Source of the DNA: Candidatus Oxydemutatoraceae bacterium
GTDB lineage: Bacteria > Pseudomonadota > Gammaproteobacteria > Poriferisulfidales > Oxydemutatoraceae
Length of the DNA stretch: 64,000 nucleotides
Direction of reading: 5' to 3'
Assembly: GCA_965212025.1 (NCBI GenBank)
Contig: OZ243039.1
Coordinates: forward strand, 1,018,983-1,082,982
In this document: positions 19,058-30,902 of the stretch, piece after piece
How the letters are laid out: each line of letters begins with the position of its first letter
Position numbering within the stretch: position 1 is the first letter of the stretch
Position numbers and translations under genes: made by a program
The notes under the pieces: generated by a model
The model's database searches: none
Told to the model about the DNA's origin: nothing
What the model saw: the letters and a program-made list of their open reading frames with translations, nothing else

Positions 19058-20887
19058 CTATTCCACGGTGACGGATTTTGCGAGGTTGCGTGGTTTGTCG
19101 ACGTCGGTGCCTTTTTGCAGCGCGCAGTGGTAGGCGAGGAGCTGCAGGGGCAGGGAGAAAATGATGGGGGAAACCGCATTTTCCGGTGCATCCACTTCGA
19201 TCAGGCGGGTGTTTTTTTCGTTGCCGAGCCTGACGCCGCGGGCGGCGAAAACCTGGAGCTGTCCTCCGCGGGCGCTCACTTCTTCAAGGTTTGACTTGAG
19301 TTTGTTCAGCAGGTGGTCATTGGGGGCGACGGCAATGATGGGCATGTCGGTATCGACCAGTGCCAGTGGCCCGTGTTTCAGTTCACCGGCGGCGTATGCT
19401 TCTGCGTGCAAGTAGGAGATTTCTTTGAGTTTCAGCGCGCCTTCCATGGCGATGGGGTAGTGCAGGCCACGCCCGAGAAACAGCGCATGGCTTTTTTGGG
19501 ATATTTGTGCGGCGACTTCGGCGATCAGGGGTTCCAGTAGCAGGGCGCTTTGCAGGCGTGCGGGGAGGTTGCGCAGTTGTTGTATGAGCGAGTAAATGAC
19601 TTTTTCCTGGTGAGGCTTTCTTTTGGTCAGCAAAATGACGATCAGCATCAAGGCGACGAGTTGCGTGGTGAATGCTTTTGTGGATGCGACTCCGATTTCC
19701 GGACCGGCATGCGTCAACAGCACAAATTCTGCGCTTCTTGCCAAGGTGCTGTGCGCGACGTTGCACAGTCCGAGTGTGGCAAGGTAATTTTCACTTTTCG
19801 CTTTTTCCAGGGCGGCCAGGGTGTCGGCTGTTTCTCCGGATTGGGAGATCGCAATGAACAGGGAGTCGCTGTGCCGTGCTTGTTTTCGGTAGCGGAACTC
19901 GCTTGCTATTTCTGCCTGGCATGGAACCCCGGCAAGTTCCTCACACCAGTATTTCGCTACCAAAGCGGCGTGGTAGCTGGTGCCGCATGCGACTATGTGT
20001 AGTCCTCTGGTTCGATCCAGGACTGGTTTCGCCTTGTAGCCCAGGATTTCGTCCGGGACAGTGTCTACGTGCAGTCTTCCTTCGAGCGTGTCGGATACCG
20101 CGGTGGGCTGTTCGTGGATTTCCTTGTGCATGAAGTGTTTGAAGCGTCCGAGCTTGGGAAAGCCGACGTGGAGGTCAATCTGCTCCTCACGATGCGGCAT
20201 TTTGCGGAGTTGCTGGTCGTAGACCTCAACTTGGTCGCAATCCAGGATGACGAGTTTTTGGTCTTCCAAGATGTGGAAGCGCTTCGTGAGACCTGCCAGA
20301 GCCTGCACATCGGAAGTCAGGTAGTTCACCTGATCGCCCAGCCCGATTGCCAGGGGGCTTCCGCTGCGTGCGCCGACCAGCCTGTGTGGTTCGCGTTCAT
20401 CAAGCACTGCGAGTGCCCATGAGCCTACGAGGTCTTGCGCCGCTTCCCGGACTGCCGTCAACAAGTCTCGTCCCCGCTCAAGGTAGTAGCAGATCTGGTG
20501 TGCAATCACTTCGCTGTCGGTGTCAGAGGAAAAATCAAAGCCCAGCTTCTTTTGCTGTTTTTTCAGTTCGAGGTAGTTCTCGATAATGCCGTTGTGGACA
20601 ACCACAACGCGCCCGGAGGAAATTTGTGGGTGGGCGTTGTGTGTTGCCGGTACTCCGTGAGTCGCCCAGCGGGTATGCGCCACACCAATGTGGCCGGAAA
20701 TGGGTTCCTTCAGCAGTAATTTCGCGAGTTCATTGACGCGTCCGGCGCGCCGCCGTATCTGTATGCCGCCGTTTTGTAGCGTCGCGATGCCACTGGAGTC
20801 GTAACCTCGGTATTCCAGCTTGCGCAGTCCGTCCAAAAGCATCGGGCAGACATCGTGTTTTGCGGCCGCTGCGACTATTCCACACAT
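19058..20887 (-). CDS. glmS: Glutamine--fructose-6-phosphate aminotransferase
   Basis: 609 aa with N-terminus MCGIVAA and C-terminus ...DVDKPRNLAKSVTVE. GlmS hallmarks are present throughout. Confidence 0.97.
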   Translation of the reverse strand: MCGIVAAAAKHDVCPMLLDGLRKLEYRGYDSSGIATLQNGGIQIRRRAGRVNELAKLLLKEPISGHIGVAHTRWATHGVPATHNAHPQISSGRVVVVHNGIIENYLELKKQQKKLGFDFSSDTDSEVIAHQICYYLERGRDLLTAVREAAQDLVGSWALAVLDEREPHRLVGARSGSPLAIGLGDQVNYLTSDVQALAGLTKRFHILEDQKLVILDCDQVEVYDQQLRKMPHREEQIDLHVGFPKLGRFKHFMHKEIHEQPTAVSDTLEGRLHVDTVPDEILGYKAKPVLDRTRGLHIVACGTSYHAALVAKYWCEELAGVPCQAEIASEFRYRKQARHSDSLFIAISQSGETADTLAALEKAKSENYLATLGLCNVAHSTLARSAEFVLLTHAGPEIGVASTKAFTTQLVALMLIVILLTKRKPHQEKVIYSLIQQLRNLPARLQSALLLEPLIAEVAAQISQKSHALFLGRGLHYPIAMEGALKLKEISYLHAEAYAAGELKHGPLALVDTDMPIIAVAPNDHLLNKLKSNLEEVSARGGQLQVFAARGVRLGNEKNTRLIEVDAPENAVSPIIFSLPLQLLAYHCALQKGTDVDKPRNLAKSVTVE

Positions 20888-20910
20888 TTTTCGTGTTCCT
20901 GCGCGCCTTT

Positions 20911-22311
20911 CTACGGGGTGGTGCGGCGGGGGCGTTTCCAGCCGGGCACCGTATGTTGCTTGCTGCGTGAGAGCGTGAGCTGCTTTTCTTCTGCGTCTCG
21001 GGTAATCGTGGAACCTGCGCCGATCGTGGCGCCTTTCCCGATGCGGACGGGCGCAATAATCTCGGTGTTTGAGCCGATAAAAACGTCATCTTCTATGGTC
21101 GTCCGGTGTTTGCTTTTGCCATCGTAATTGCACGTGACGGTTCCGGCTCCGATGTTGACGTCCTTTCCAGTCGTGCTGTCACCGACATAGCTTAAGTGCC
21201 CGACTTTGGTGGCCTCGCCGATCTTGCTGTTCTTGATTTCCACGAAGTTGCCGACCTTTGCTGTGTTGGCAAGCACTGTTTCGGGTCGGATGCGTGCATA
21301 AGGTCCCAGAACGCAGCGTTCGCCACATTGCATGGTGTCTAGGTGGGAAAAGGCTTTGACTTGTGTGCCATCTCCCAGTGACACGTCTTTCAGATAGCAG
21401 TAGGGGCCAATCTCCACATTGTTTCCGAGTTGTACCTTGCCGGCAAAAATCACGCCGACATCAATGCAGGCGTTTTTCCCTGCTTTGACTTCGCCGCGAA
21501 TATAGAGGTTGTTTGAGTCTCTCAGGCGTACCCCGGACTTGCGCAAGGCGGCACTGCGATTTTGGTAAATTCGGTGCTCTGTGGTTTCCAGTTCTTCCAG
21601 GGTGTTGACGCCGTGTGCTTCATTGGTATTTTCAAGTTGGCAGGTTGCCACTCGGTGGCCGTTCGCAACGGCAAGGCCGATACAGTCTGTCAGATAGTAC
21701 TCAGACTGCTGATTGTCATTGCCGATTCCCCGGATCCATTCTTGCAGTTTGCCGGCCTGCGCCGCCATTACCCCGACGTTGACTTCCGAAATGGCTTTTT
21801 CTGCGACCTCGGCGTCGGCTTCTTCCACGATGCGCCGTACTTGTCCCGTGTCATTGCGCACAACTCTGCCATAGCCGTGTGGGTTATCAAGGGCAGCCGT
21901 TAGGAAGGCCAGGTCGGCGTGTGGGATCTCGTCGAGCACCGAGGCGCATGTTGCTGCGGACAGCAGTGGCATGTCGGCATAGAGGACGAGTACCGGAAGA
22001 TCTGTTGCAATTTCTGGCAGCGCACAGGCAACAGCGTGCGCCGTGCCGCGTTTTTCATCCTGGATGTGCCAGTGGATGGGCATCTTTTCGCACCAGTTGG
22101 CGTTGTCGTTCTCGACTGCTTCCCGCACCCGGTCAGCTTGGTGGCCGATGACCAGATGTACGGAATCAGGTGTGAGCTGAGCGATGGTGTCAAGCGTGTA
22201 TGCGAGCATGGGCTTTCCGGCCAGTTCGATCAAAGGCTTGGGCACGTTGACGCCGCTTCGTTTGCCTTCACCGGCGGCCAATAAAATGATGGCTTTTTTT
22301 GTTTTAGGCAT
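20911..22311 (-). CDS. glmU: Bifunctional GlcNAc-1-phosphate uridyltransferase / GlcN-1-phosphate acetyltransferase
   Basis: 466 aa with N-terminus ILAAGEGKR and C-terminal left-handed beta-helix hexapeptide repeats. It is immediately upstream of glmS. Confidence 0.95.
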   Translation of the reverse strand: MPKTKKAIILLAAGEGKRSGVNVPKPLIELAGKPMLAYTLDTIAQLTPDSVHLVIGHQADRVREAVENDNANWCEKMPIHWHIQDEKRGTAHAVACALPEIATDLPVLVLYADMPLLSAATCASVLDEIPHADLAFLTAALDNPHGYGRVVRNDTGQVRRIVEEADAEVAEKAISEVNVGVMAAQAGKLQEWIRGIGNDNQQSEYYLTDCIGLAVANGHRVATCQLENTNEAHGVNTLEELETTEHRIYQNRSAALRKSGVRLRDSNNLYIRGEVKAGKNACIDVGVIFAGKVQLGNNVEIGPYCYLKDVSLGDGTQVKAFSHLDTMQCGERCVLGPYARIRPETVLANTAKVGNFVEIKNSKIGEATKVGHLSYVGDSTTGKDVNIGAGTVTCNYDGKSKHRTTIEDDVFIGSNTEIIAPVRIGKGATIGAGSTITRDAEEKQLTLSRSKQHTVPGWKRPRRTTP

Positions 22312-22608
22312 TTTGTTGGCCGGGGCAGGATGTTCTGGAGGTTTCGGGCATTCCTGGTATTTTTGGCATTGAGGTTCGGCGACCGTTTGCTCCTGTGTTG
22401 TCGGGGCGAGACACCGGCTTTTGATGCCGGCAGGCGACGCCGTGTTCAGGCATCGCGCGCACCCGGCCGGTCAAGTGTACGGCGTTCAAGTGTACGGAAT
22501 TTGATGTCAGATGCGCGATGGTCGCCAAGCGGCCGGCAGGGGCTTCCCCGTCAGCCCGACTTCCCGGAGGATCCCAACGGCCGGAAAGTGGTTCCTTCAT
22601 ATCGTGAT

Positions 22609-23469
22609 TTACAGAAAACGCAATGTGTCTTCGCAGATGTTGGCAAGCGTTTTGGCCGGTGTCATAAAGTGTGACATGAAGGGGACTTCAACCACTGCCG
22701 GGTCACCGACCCTGCGTGCTTCATTGCTGACCACGAAGTCTACTCCCGAAACCTGCTTCATGGTGGCAATGACTTCTTCCACGGTATAGCTTTTGCCACT
22801 GCCAAGGCACTCGTACTCTCGTTTGGAAGCGGCTTGTTCAACCGCCATTGTCACCGCGTTTGCGACGTCCGAGACGTGGATGTAATCACGCACGCAGGTT
22901 CCGTCCTTGGTTTCGTAGTCGTTGCCGTAAATGGCGACCTGTGGTGCTTCGCCGCGAACGGCCATGGCGACTTTGCGTAACAGGTGCGTGGGTTCGTTAA
23001 AGTTCTTGAAGCCGTTGGAGCCGCCGACGTTAAAAAAGCGCAATATGGTTCGTGCCGGACACAGTTCCCTGATGATTTCCTCGGCGGCTATTTTTGATTT
23101 CGCGTAGGGCGAAACCGGGGCGAAAGCTCCGCCGGTGGACGCGAATATAAATTTCTTGAACCGAAGCTCGCGAATCACGTTCAGGGTTCCAAATGTATTG
23201 CTCAGGTAATAGTCGCTCGGCTTTTTCATGGATTCTTCAACGGACACCAGCGCGGCGCAGTGAACCACGCTGTCGTACACGTGATTCCGGGTTTCGGATG
23301 CGGGCAGACTTTTTCGGATGTCCCAGGGGAAAAAACGCTGGCTGTACGCCTGGATGTTGTTGCCAAAATCTTCCAGGTCTGTTGTCACCACGGTGTGACC
23401 GTTTCTGCTCAGCGCCTGGACAATATGCGAACCAATATAGCCTCGCGCACCGGTGACCAGAACTTTCAA
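22609..23469 (-). CDS. NAD-dependent epimerase/dehydratase family protein
   Basis: 286 aa with the Rossmann motif MKVLVTGARGYIGSH. The start overlaps the trmJ stop. Confidence 0.8.
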   Translation of the reverse strand: MKVLVTGARGYIGSHIVQALSRNGHTVVTTDLEDFGNNIQAYSQRFFPWDIRKSLPASETRNHVYDSVVHCAALVSVEESMKKPSDYYLSNTFGTLNVIRELRFKKFIFASTGGAFAPVSPYAKSKIAAEEIIRELCPARTILRFFNVGGSNGFKNFNEPTHLLRKVAMAVRGEAPQVAIYGNDYETKDGTCVRDYIHVSDVANAVTMAVEQAASKREYECLGSGKSYTVEEVIATMKQVSGVDFVVSNEARRVGDPAVVEVPFMSHFMTPAKTLANICEDTLRFL

Positions 23470-24350
23470 AATTCCTTTCCTGCGAGTGGTTGCGTCTCTG
23501 CAAGACCCTGACTTCCTTCATCAGCGGCTTTGACGGGCGGGGGCAGGCTCGGACGCTCACTTCGTGATCTTGCTTCCAGACCCAACATTTTCTCTGCAAT
23601 TGTCCGCTCGCTTGAATTGGAGAACGCGCTGAGCGCCCCGCGCAATAAATTGACTTCACGAACGCTTAAATGGAGCCGTTGGAAAATCTGGCGAAATTTC
23701 CGCATCACGGTTACGGATTCGCGCCCGCTGAAAAAAAGCTTTTCGTCAAGAGAGGCTTCAAGGTGGGCATACAGTCTTTCTATTGCCTGCCCGCTCGCGG
23801 GCTCGTCCATCTCGTGCTTTGTCCTTATTTCCTGAGGCACGTGTTTCTCCACGCTCAGATGCCACTCGTATGCGATTACCTGCGCCGCGGAAGCCAGGTT
23901 TAATGAGCCGAACTGTATCTGGCACGGAATGCGCAGCTGGTATTGACACAAATCCATTTCGCGGTTGCTAAGTCCGGCGCTCTCCCGACCGAAGACGACG
24001 GCAAAATCATAGTGGTGGTGAGCGATGGTTTGCATGGCTTCGCGCGGTGTCAGGCATGGCCACCTGGCATGGCGAGGCCGGACGCTGGTGCCGAGCACCA
24101 CCTGATGATCCTGGAGCGCTTCTTCCAGGGTGGCAACGACTTTTGCCTGATCCAGAATTTCATCCGCTCCGGCTGCCCTGGCTGTCGCTTCCGGAGATGG
24201 AAAGTATTTCGGATTGACCAGGGTCAGGTGTCGGATACCCATGGTTTTCATGGCTCTGGCGACTCCTCCGATGTTTCCCGGATGCGTGGTTTCGACCAAA
24301 ACAAAAGTGGGAGGCTTTGAAGCGGGAATGTCGCTCCGGAGTTTATGCAT
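23466..24350 (-). CDS. trmJ: SpoU-class tRNA 2'-O-methyltransferase, TrmJ-like
   Basis: FVLVETTHPGNIGGVARAMKTMGIRHLTLVNPK is typical TrmJ. I chose the ATG at 24350 (MHKLRS...), which overlaps the hemE stop (ATGCATAA). The longer ORF extending to 24575 would run inside hemE. Confidence 0.8.
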   Translation of the reverse strand: MHKLRSDIPASKPPTFVLVETTHPGNIGGVARAMKTMGIRHLTLVNPKYFPSPEATARAAGADEILDQAKVVATLEEALQDHQVVLGTSVRPRHARWPCLTPREAMQTIAHHHYDFAVVFGRESAGLSNREMDLCQYQLRIPCQIQFGSLNLASAAQVIAYEWHLSVEKHVPQEIRTKHEMDEPASGQAIERLYAHLEASLDEKLFFSGRESVTVMRKFRQIFQRLHLSVREVNLLRGALSAFSNSSERTIAEKMLGLEARSRSERPSLPPPVKAADEGSQGLAETQPLAGKEF

Positions 24351-25470
24351 TTCCGGTGGGTGGCAGCTCTGCAGGTTCGGAAACAGCGGTGCTGTACTGC
24401 GTTCCGCATTCATGTACGGTTTCAACCAATGCGGCCACGCTTTCCAGCTCGGCTTGCGGGGTAATGCCATGACCGAGGTTGAAAACGTGTCCGGCGCCGG
24501 CTCCGTAGGAGGCGAGAACCGCTTGTGCCTCACTGCGCACCACTTCTGGAGAAGCGAGCAGGATTTGCGGGTCAAGGTTGCCTTGCAGTGCCACTTTCTG
24601 GCGTGTCATACGGCGTGCGCGCCCCAGATCGACAGTCCAGTCCACTCCCAGCGCGTCGCTGCCGCTGTCGGCGAGGTGGTCGAGCCAGGCGCCGCCCCCT
24701 TTGGTAAACAAAATGACCGGAATGCGTTCTCCGTTCCGGCTGCGAGTGAGCTTTGCCATGACCCGCTGCGATGGAGCCAGCGAAAAACGCAGAAACTTGT
24801 TTTCTGCGAGCAGCCCGCCCCAACTGTCAAAAATCATAGCCACACGGGCACCAGACTCTATTTGCGCGTTCAAAGATGAAGCAATGCTGTCGCACAGCAT
24901 ATCGAGCAACATGTCCAGCAGATCCGGGCGCTCAAACATCATGCGCTTGGCGTACGGGAAGTTCTGTTTTGAAGAGCCGTCAACCATGTACGCCGCCAGT
25001 GTCCAGGGGCTTCCGCAGAAGCCGATGAGTGGCAATCTTCCATTCAGCTCTGTGCAGACGGAACGGATTGCCGTACATAGGTAGTCGAGGTCTTCTGTCG
25101 CGTCCACTGTGCGCAATTTTTTCAAATCTCTCTCGCACCGTATCGGTTCCGGGAAAAACGGACCACTTCCTTCCTTGAAATCCAGCGTCATCCCCATGGC
25201 TTCAGATACGACCAGGATGTCGGAGAAAATAATCGCGGCATCCAGAGGGAACCTTCGCAAAGGCTGAAGGGTTGCCTCACACACAAACTCGGGGGTTTTG
25301 CACAGTCGCAAAAAAGAACCCGCCTGTTCTCGCAACTTGCGGTATTCGGGGAGGTAACGCCCTGCTTGGCGCATCATCCAGATCGGAACGGTTGGACAGG
25401 GTTCCTTGAACAGGGCATGAATCAGGAGGTCGTTTGGAGTGCTCCTCGCCTGCGTATCGGTCGGGGACAA
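24343..25470 (-). CDS. hemE: Uroporphyrinogen decarboxylase
   Basis: 375 aa with VPIWMMRQAGRYLPEYR near the N-terminus. Confidence 0.95.
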   Translation of the reverse strand: MSPTDTQARSTPNDLLIHALFKEPCPTVPIWMMRQAGRYLPEYRKLREQAGSFLRLCKTPEFVCEATLQPLRRFPLDAAIIFSDILVVSEAMGMTLDFKEGSGPFFPEPIRCERDLKKLRTVDATEDLDYLCTAIRSVCTELNGRLPLIGFCGSPWTLAAYMVDGSSKQNFPYAKRMMFERPDLLDMLLDMLCDSIASSLNAQIESGARVAMIFDSWGGLLAENKFLRFSLAPSQRVMAKLTRSRNGERIPVILFTKGGGAWLDHLADSGSDALGVDWTVDLGRARRMTRQKVALQGNLDPQILLASPEVVRSEAQAVLASYGAGAGHVFNLGHGITPQAELESVAALVETVHECGTQYSTAVSEPAELPPTGNA

Positions 25471-25499
25471 ACTTTAGGCGGGTCTTGAGTTTCCAGGCA

Positions 25500-26936
<1,437 letters not shown>

Positions 26937-26943
26937 TCAGACC

Positions 26944-27174
26944 TTATATCCTGCTTGGGTTGGAGGTACCCCCTGTCCAGGATTCAGAACCCACGTGCCT
27001 TTTTCGGCTACGTTTGCGAGCGAGTATCAGCTTGCGCTTGCGAGCCTCCGCAGGTTTTTCGTAACACTCCCTACGCCTGACTTCCGCCAGTATGCCGGCC
27101 TTTTCACACGAGCGTCTAAAGCGACGCAGCGCAATATCAACGGACTCGTTATCCCTTAGTCTTATGCTCGGCAT
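26944..27174 (-). CDS. rpsU: 30S ribosomal protein S21
   Basis: [41 protein letters not shown]... is the conserved S21 core. The C-terminal tail is atypical. Confidence 0.85.
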   Translation of the reverse strand: MPSIRLRDNESVDIALRRFRRSCEKAGILAEVRRRECYEKPAEARKRKLILARKRSRKRHVGSESWTGGTSNPSRI

Positions 27175-27410
27175 TTCCCCCTCGGTTGGTTAGCAGTCTT
27201 GGTTGAAGACAACCCTGTCATTCTATATCGGCTTAGACCCTGTCGGCAAGCTCATTGGATCACGCGGACGGCTATGACGCCGTCTGCCAGCAACAGGGTT
27301 GTGGTACCGTGATGACGGTGCCTGCCCAAGTGTTCCGCATGGTTTTCGTACCCCGTACATATAAGTATGGTGCATCATGCAGCATCGCTTTGGATGCCAA
27401 CGTGAGGGTT

Positions 27411-30400
27411 TTACCTGACCAATCCTCCAAGAAACACTTTCAGGCGGAGTCTCGTAATGAGGTTGGCACTGCGCGTTATTTTGAGCTTGTGGTCGCGGCT
27501 TTGACTGCCGGCAGCCACGCGTATATTGAACGTCGCTTCATTGTGGGCTTTCGGAATCGTCAGTTTCAGCTCGGCTTGACCGGAACCGTGGTGTTTAGCG
27601 AACTTTGCCGAGACTCCTGGTGGCAGGTCGCCAACCAGGCTCCAGGCTAATCCGGCACGCGGAAGCAGGGTGCTCAGTAGCACCGTCAGCTCTTGACTGC
27701 GGAATGGGATGGTTTTTTCCAGGAACTGGTCTTGGGCAAGCGCTGGTAAAGTACGATCGCTTAACATGCGCACAACCATCTGGTCTGTTTTGTCGGGGTC
27801 GGCCGCATCACTGACTTTGACCAGGAAACTGGTCCCATCTAACGGGAATTCTCCAAGCATCCCGTAGTACACCAGCATTTCAGATCTGCCTGGGTACGTT
27901 AATACGTTGCTTTCGCTGTCAGCACTTATAAGTTGCGCCATCACGCGGTTGTCATGGGGATTGACAAGTTCCCATTTCAAAGCCTGCCCGACGCTCCCTT
28001 GGGCAACCAAGTGTATAACCACTGCCTGTAATTCCTGGGCAAGGTAGATATTTATTGAGTCAGCGTCTAAAACGCTACTGCCAGAAATTTGGATGATTAC
28101 CGGCGGTGAATTTACTTGGCGAACGATAAGTCGTATTGAGGTAGTGCTGCCCAGTCTGTCTCTGGCTGATACTATGAATTGCCCTGTTGACCTTGATCCT
28201 TCCGGGCGCATGAACTGCACTTTGGCTATAGGACCCTTGGCAGTGGCAACTTGGTTGTTGACAAGGAAGTTGAGCGTACTTTCTTCAGGCGTACCTGTAA
28301 CCCGCTTTGCGGTCCACTCCAGCGAATCCAAATCCTCCGGGTAGTGGGTGTCGGCATATAACTGAAGGGATACTTGACGTTGGTCTGCCAGAATTTCCAA
28401 ATACTGCTCTTTATTCCCTGATATGGTCGGGGGATTGCTCGGTTTTAGAAAAACTGCGATTGTGGAAAATCCATTTTCCCCTATGGCTTCCACGGAGAAA
28501 TCGTCATTTTCCTGAATTTCTTCGCCTGGCTGATACACCACGGTGATCTGGGTGCCCATCCCCTGGGTGGCACAGATATCCCTGTCTTCCTCCGATAGGA
28601 AACATGCCCATCCTTTCCGTGGGGCGTGGTTTGGTGAAATCCGCCATGTCAGGGAATCTGCTGTGGGAGCCAAGGCGCTTAAAACCAATCGCAGTTCCGA
28701 GCTCTCGCCAGAAGTCACCTGCAGTTCTGTTTTACGATCAGCCAGGATCCGTGGTTGCGAGTCCGACGAAAGTCCCGTGACAAAGCTCCGCTCTGTTACC
28801 GTGTCTCCTTCTTCGTTGGAGAGAGTGATCCTGTAATAGGCATTACTGATCAAGTCTGAAAATATTGTTCCTGCCGACTGTATCCCGTTGCCCACACTGA
28901 CAGAGCGCGTTGCGACCGGCTCAGGATTTTCCTCCTGAAAAATACGAATGAGGTATTTCGCCTGTACGTTAACGGCGTCGCCAGAAACGGCCACGGTAAT
29001 ATCTGCTTCCGTCACACCTGCCTGAATCTGGATTTCAGGTTTTTCCGGTGGGTTCGGCAAACGAAAATGGCTGTTGGCCGGATGACTGGCAACCCCCATA
29101 ACGTGTGTGCGAACAGAATAGCTGACCGTGCTGCCATCTCCGTGCCTATCGCGGAGCCTAACCAGGTGTTCATCGGGGACTGTGGCGTATGTGGAGGTGA
29201 TGTTCCGGGTCAGTCCCGAGATTTCCAGCTCGTGAAAGTCCACCAAAGGCTCTGAGCTTTGCCACTCCAGCATCAGGCTGGTGAAAGACGCAAAGCTGGC
29301 TGCCAGACCTGTTGGTGCCGCAGGAATCTTTGTCAGCTTTTCGTGGCTGTGCAGAGGAAGCGTGCTACCGCTTCCAAAATGCCAGGAGTCTGTATCCCAG
29401 CCGGAATACGTCACGGCTCCAGCACACGTCTTGCCTGGCTCCGTTGGGCATTTTAGTTGTGTCAGGGTGCGCGGAAAGCTTCTCCGAATGTCTCCAATAT
29501 TTATGTCTCCGATATTTGTCCCGGAGAAATCGTTCACCCTGGTGTCTCCGGCCACTTTGCCTGCCGTGTAGCTGTTATGGATGCCCCCCACGTTGTAACC
29601 CGCAAAGCCGCCTACCCAACTTGTTCCTTGTATGGAGCCGGACGCGTAGTAGCTGTATGCAACAGTGGAAGGGTGATGATTGGTTCCCACGAAGCCGCCT
29701 ACCCACTTCCGCCCTGAAACCTTGCCGCTTGCGTGACTGTTGCTGATGTGTCCGCTGTTTGAACCGGCAAAACCACCTAAGTCATTATTTCCCGAGACTG
29801 AGCCAGTTGCGTAGCTGTGGGTGATGAAACCAAAGTTACTGCCTGTATGGCCACCCATACTACTGTTGGCAAAATCGTTTCCGGGGTCGCCCGTTCCGCT
29901 AACCGAGCCAGTTGCGTAACTGTAGCTGATAGTTCCGCTATTGGCTCCTGTGAGTCCCCCCGTGGCGCGATTTCCTGCGACTGTCCCTGTGGCATGGCTA
30001 TGGGTGATGGTTCCACTTGTCCTGTTTTCCCCCACCAGACCGCCAATAGCCCGGGAAGAACCGACCACCTGCCCGGTCGCGTAGCAATTCAGAATGTGAC
30101 CCTCGTTTTTGCCTGCGAAGCCCCCTACTTGGGCGGCATTGCCACCGACCCGACCGGACGAGTCACTGTTTCTGATCGTACCGGTATTGAATCCAACGAA
30201 GCCGCCAAGGCTGTAGGAAGCGAACTGATTGCGAGCTTGTACTTCCACATGGCTGTGACTGTTACTGATCATGCCATCGTTCTGTCCCACCATGCCACCA
30301 ATGCTGCCAGCCAGGAGGCTTCCGTTGAGAACCCCTCCTCTCACGGTACTATTTTCTATGAGCCCTTTGTTGTTATGTCCTGCCAGGGAACCTACGAGGG

Positions 30401-30902
30401 ATTTGCCAGTGGTTTGTGAATCTGCCAAGATGATTTGTTGCAAAGAGCTTTCTTCTTCAAGGCTGGAAAACATACCCACCTTACTTTCTTCGGGAAGGTT
30501 AATGAACAGATTGCTGATCGTGTACCCGAACCCGTTAAAAGAACCGAAAAAAGGGCCGATGGGGATAAAGCCACGCCCATCGTTCCATTCGCGGGTCTGT
30601 TTCGCTTCAATGCTGTTTGCCAGTACGTAGTGTGCTCGTGGTCTTGAGCACATTGCCTGTAACTGGTCAAGCGTGGTGATTGTGTAAGGCTCGGCTTCGG
30701 TGCCCTCGCCCACCCAAACTGCTTGTCCAGAGACCGAAGAAGTGCATAGGTTCTGTGATGGATCAGGATCATTCTGCAAGGAGAGACTGTCCTGTGCATA
30801 AAGATTGCAAGACATGCCAAAGCAGAAGGGCAGCAGCACGGCGTAGAGCCGTGCTGCTGCCGCCCACCCCCAGAAGGTTTCTTTATTATTATTATTATTC
30901 AC
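27411..30902 (-). CDS. Large secreted surface protein with GLUG-motif repeats and Ig/FN3-like C-terminal modules
   Basis: 1163 aa with a GTG start and a signal-peptide-like N-terminus ending LYA-QD. About 10 repeats of the type GGLVG.N.G.I..S.A.G.V.G occupy aa ~170-470. The remainder is beta-rich. Confidence 0.75.
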   Translation of the reverse strand: MNNNNNKETFWGWAAAARLYAVLLPFCFGMSCNLYAQDSLSLQNDPDPSQNLCTSSVSGQAVWVGEGTEAEPYTITTLDQLQAMCSRPRAHYVLANSIEAKQTREWNDGRGFIPIGPFFGSFNGFGYTISNLFINLPEESKVGMFSSLEEESSLQQIILADSQTTGKSLVGSLAGHNNKGLIENSTVRGGVLNGSLLAGSIGGMVGQNDGMISNSHSHVEVQARNQFASYSLGGFVGFNTGTIRNSDSSGRVGGNAAQVGGFAGKNEGHILNCYATGQVVGSSRAIGGLVGENRTSGTITHSHATGTVAGNRATGGLTGANSGTISYSYATGSVSGTGDPGNDFANSSMGGHTGSNFGFITHSYATGSVSGNNDLGGFAGSNSGHISNSHASGKVSGRKWVGGFVGTNHHPSTVAYSYYASGSIQGTSWVGGFAGYNVGGIHNSYTAGKVAGDTRVNDFSGTNIGDINIGDIRRSFPRTLTQLKCPTEPGKTCAGAVTYSGWDTDSWHFGSGSTLPLHSHEKLTKIPAAPTGLAASFASFTSLMLEWQSSEPLVDFHELEISGLTRNITSTYATVPDEHLVRLRDRHGDGSTVSYSVRTHVMGVASHPANSHFRLPNPPEKPEIQIQAGVTEADITVAVSGDAVNVQAKYLIRIFQEENPEPVATRSVSVGNGIQSAGTIFSDLISNAYYRITLSNEEGDTVTERSFVTGLSSDSQPRILADRKTELQVTSGESSELRLVLSALAPTADSLTWRISPNHAPRKGWACFLSEEDRDICATQGMGTQITVVYQPGEEIQENDDFSVEAIGENGFSTIAVFLKPSNPPTISGNKEQYLEILADQRQVSLQLYADTHYPEDLDSLEWTAKRVTGTPEESTLNFLVNNQVATAKGPIAKVQFMRPEGSRSTGQFIVSARDRLGSTTSIRLIVRQVNSPPVIIQISGSSVLDADSINIYLAQELQAVVIHLVAQGSVGQALKWELVNPHDNRVMAQLISADSESNVLTYPGRSEMLVYYGMLGEFPLDGTSFLVKVSDAADPDKTDQMVVRMLSDRTLPALAQDQFLEKTIPFRSQELTVLLSTLLPRAGLAWSLVGDLPPGVSAKFAKHHGSGQAELKLTIPKAHNEATFNIRVAAGSQSRDHKLKITRSANLITRLRLKVFLGGLVR

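Noticed and set aside
24351-24575. 75-codon N-terminal extension of trmJ
   Set aside because: It would overlap hemE by 230 nt. The ATG at 24350 overlaps the hemE stop in a typical coupled arrangement, and the conserved TrmJ sequence begins right after it.
24214-25084. Plus-strand ORFs of 221 and 168 codons
   Set aside because: They are antisense to hemE/trmJ. The translations are Arg/Pro/Ser-rich, and the opposite strand carries clear conserved genes.
26944-27010. Possible frameshift in the atypical C-terminal tail of rpsU
   Set aside because: Neither alternative frame restores a canonical S21 ending (…ARENARRTRLY-like), and S21 tails are variable. I kept it as an intact CDS.
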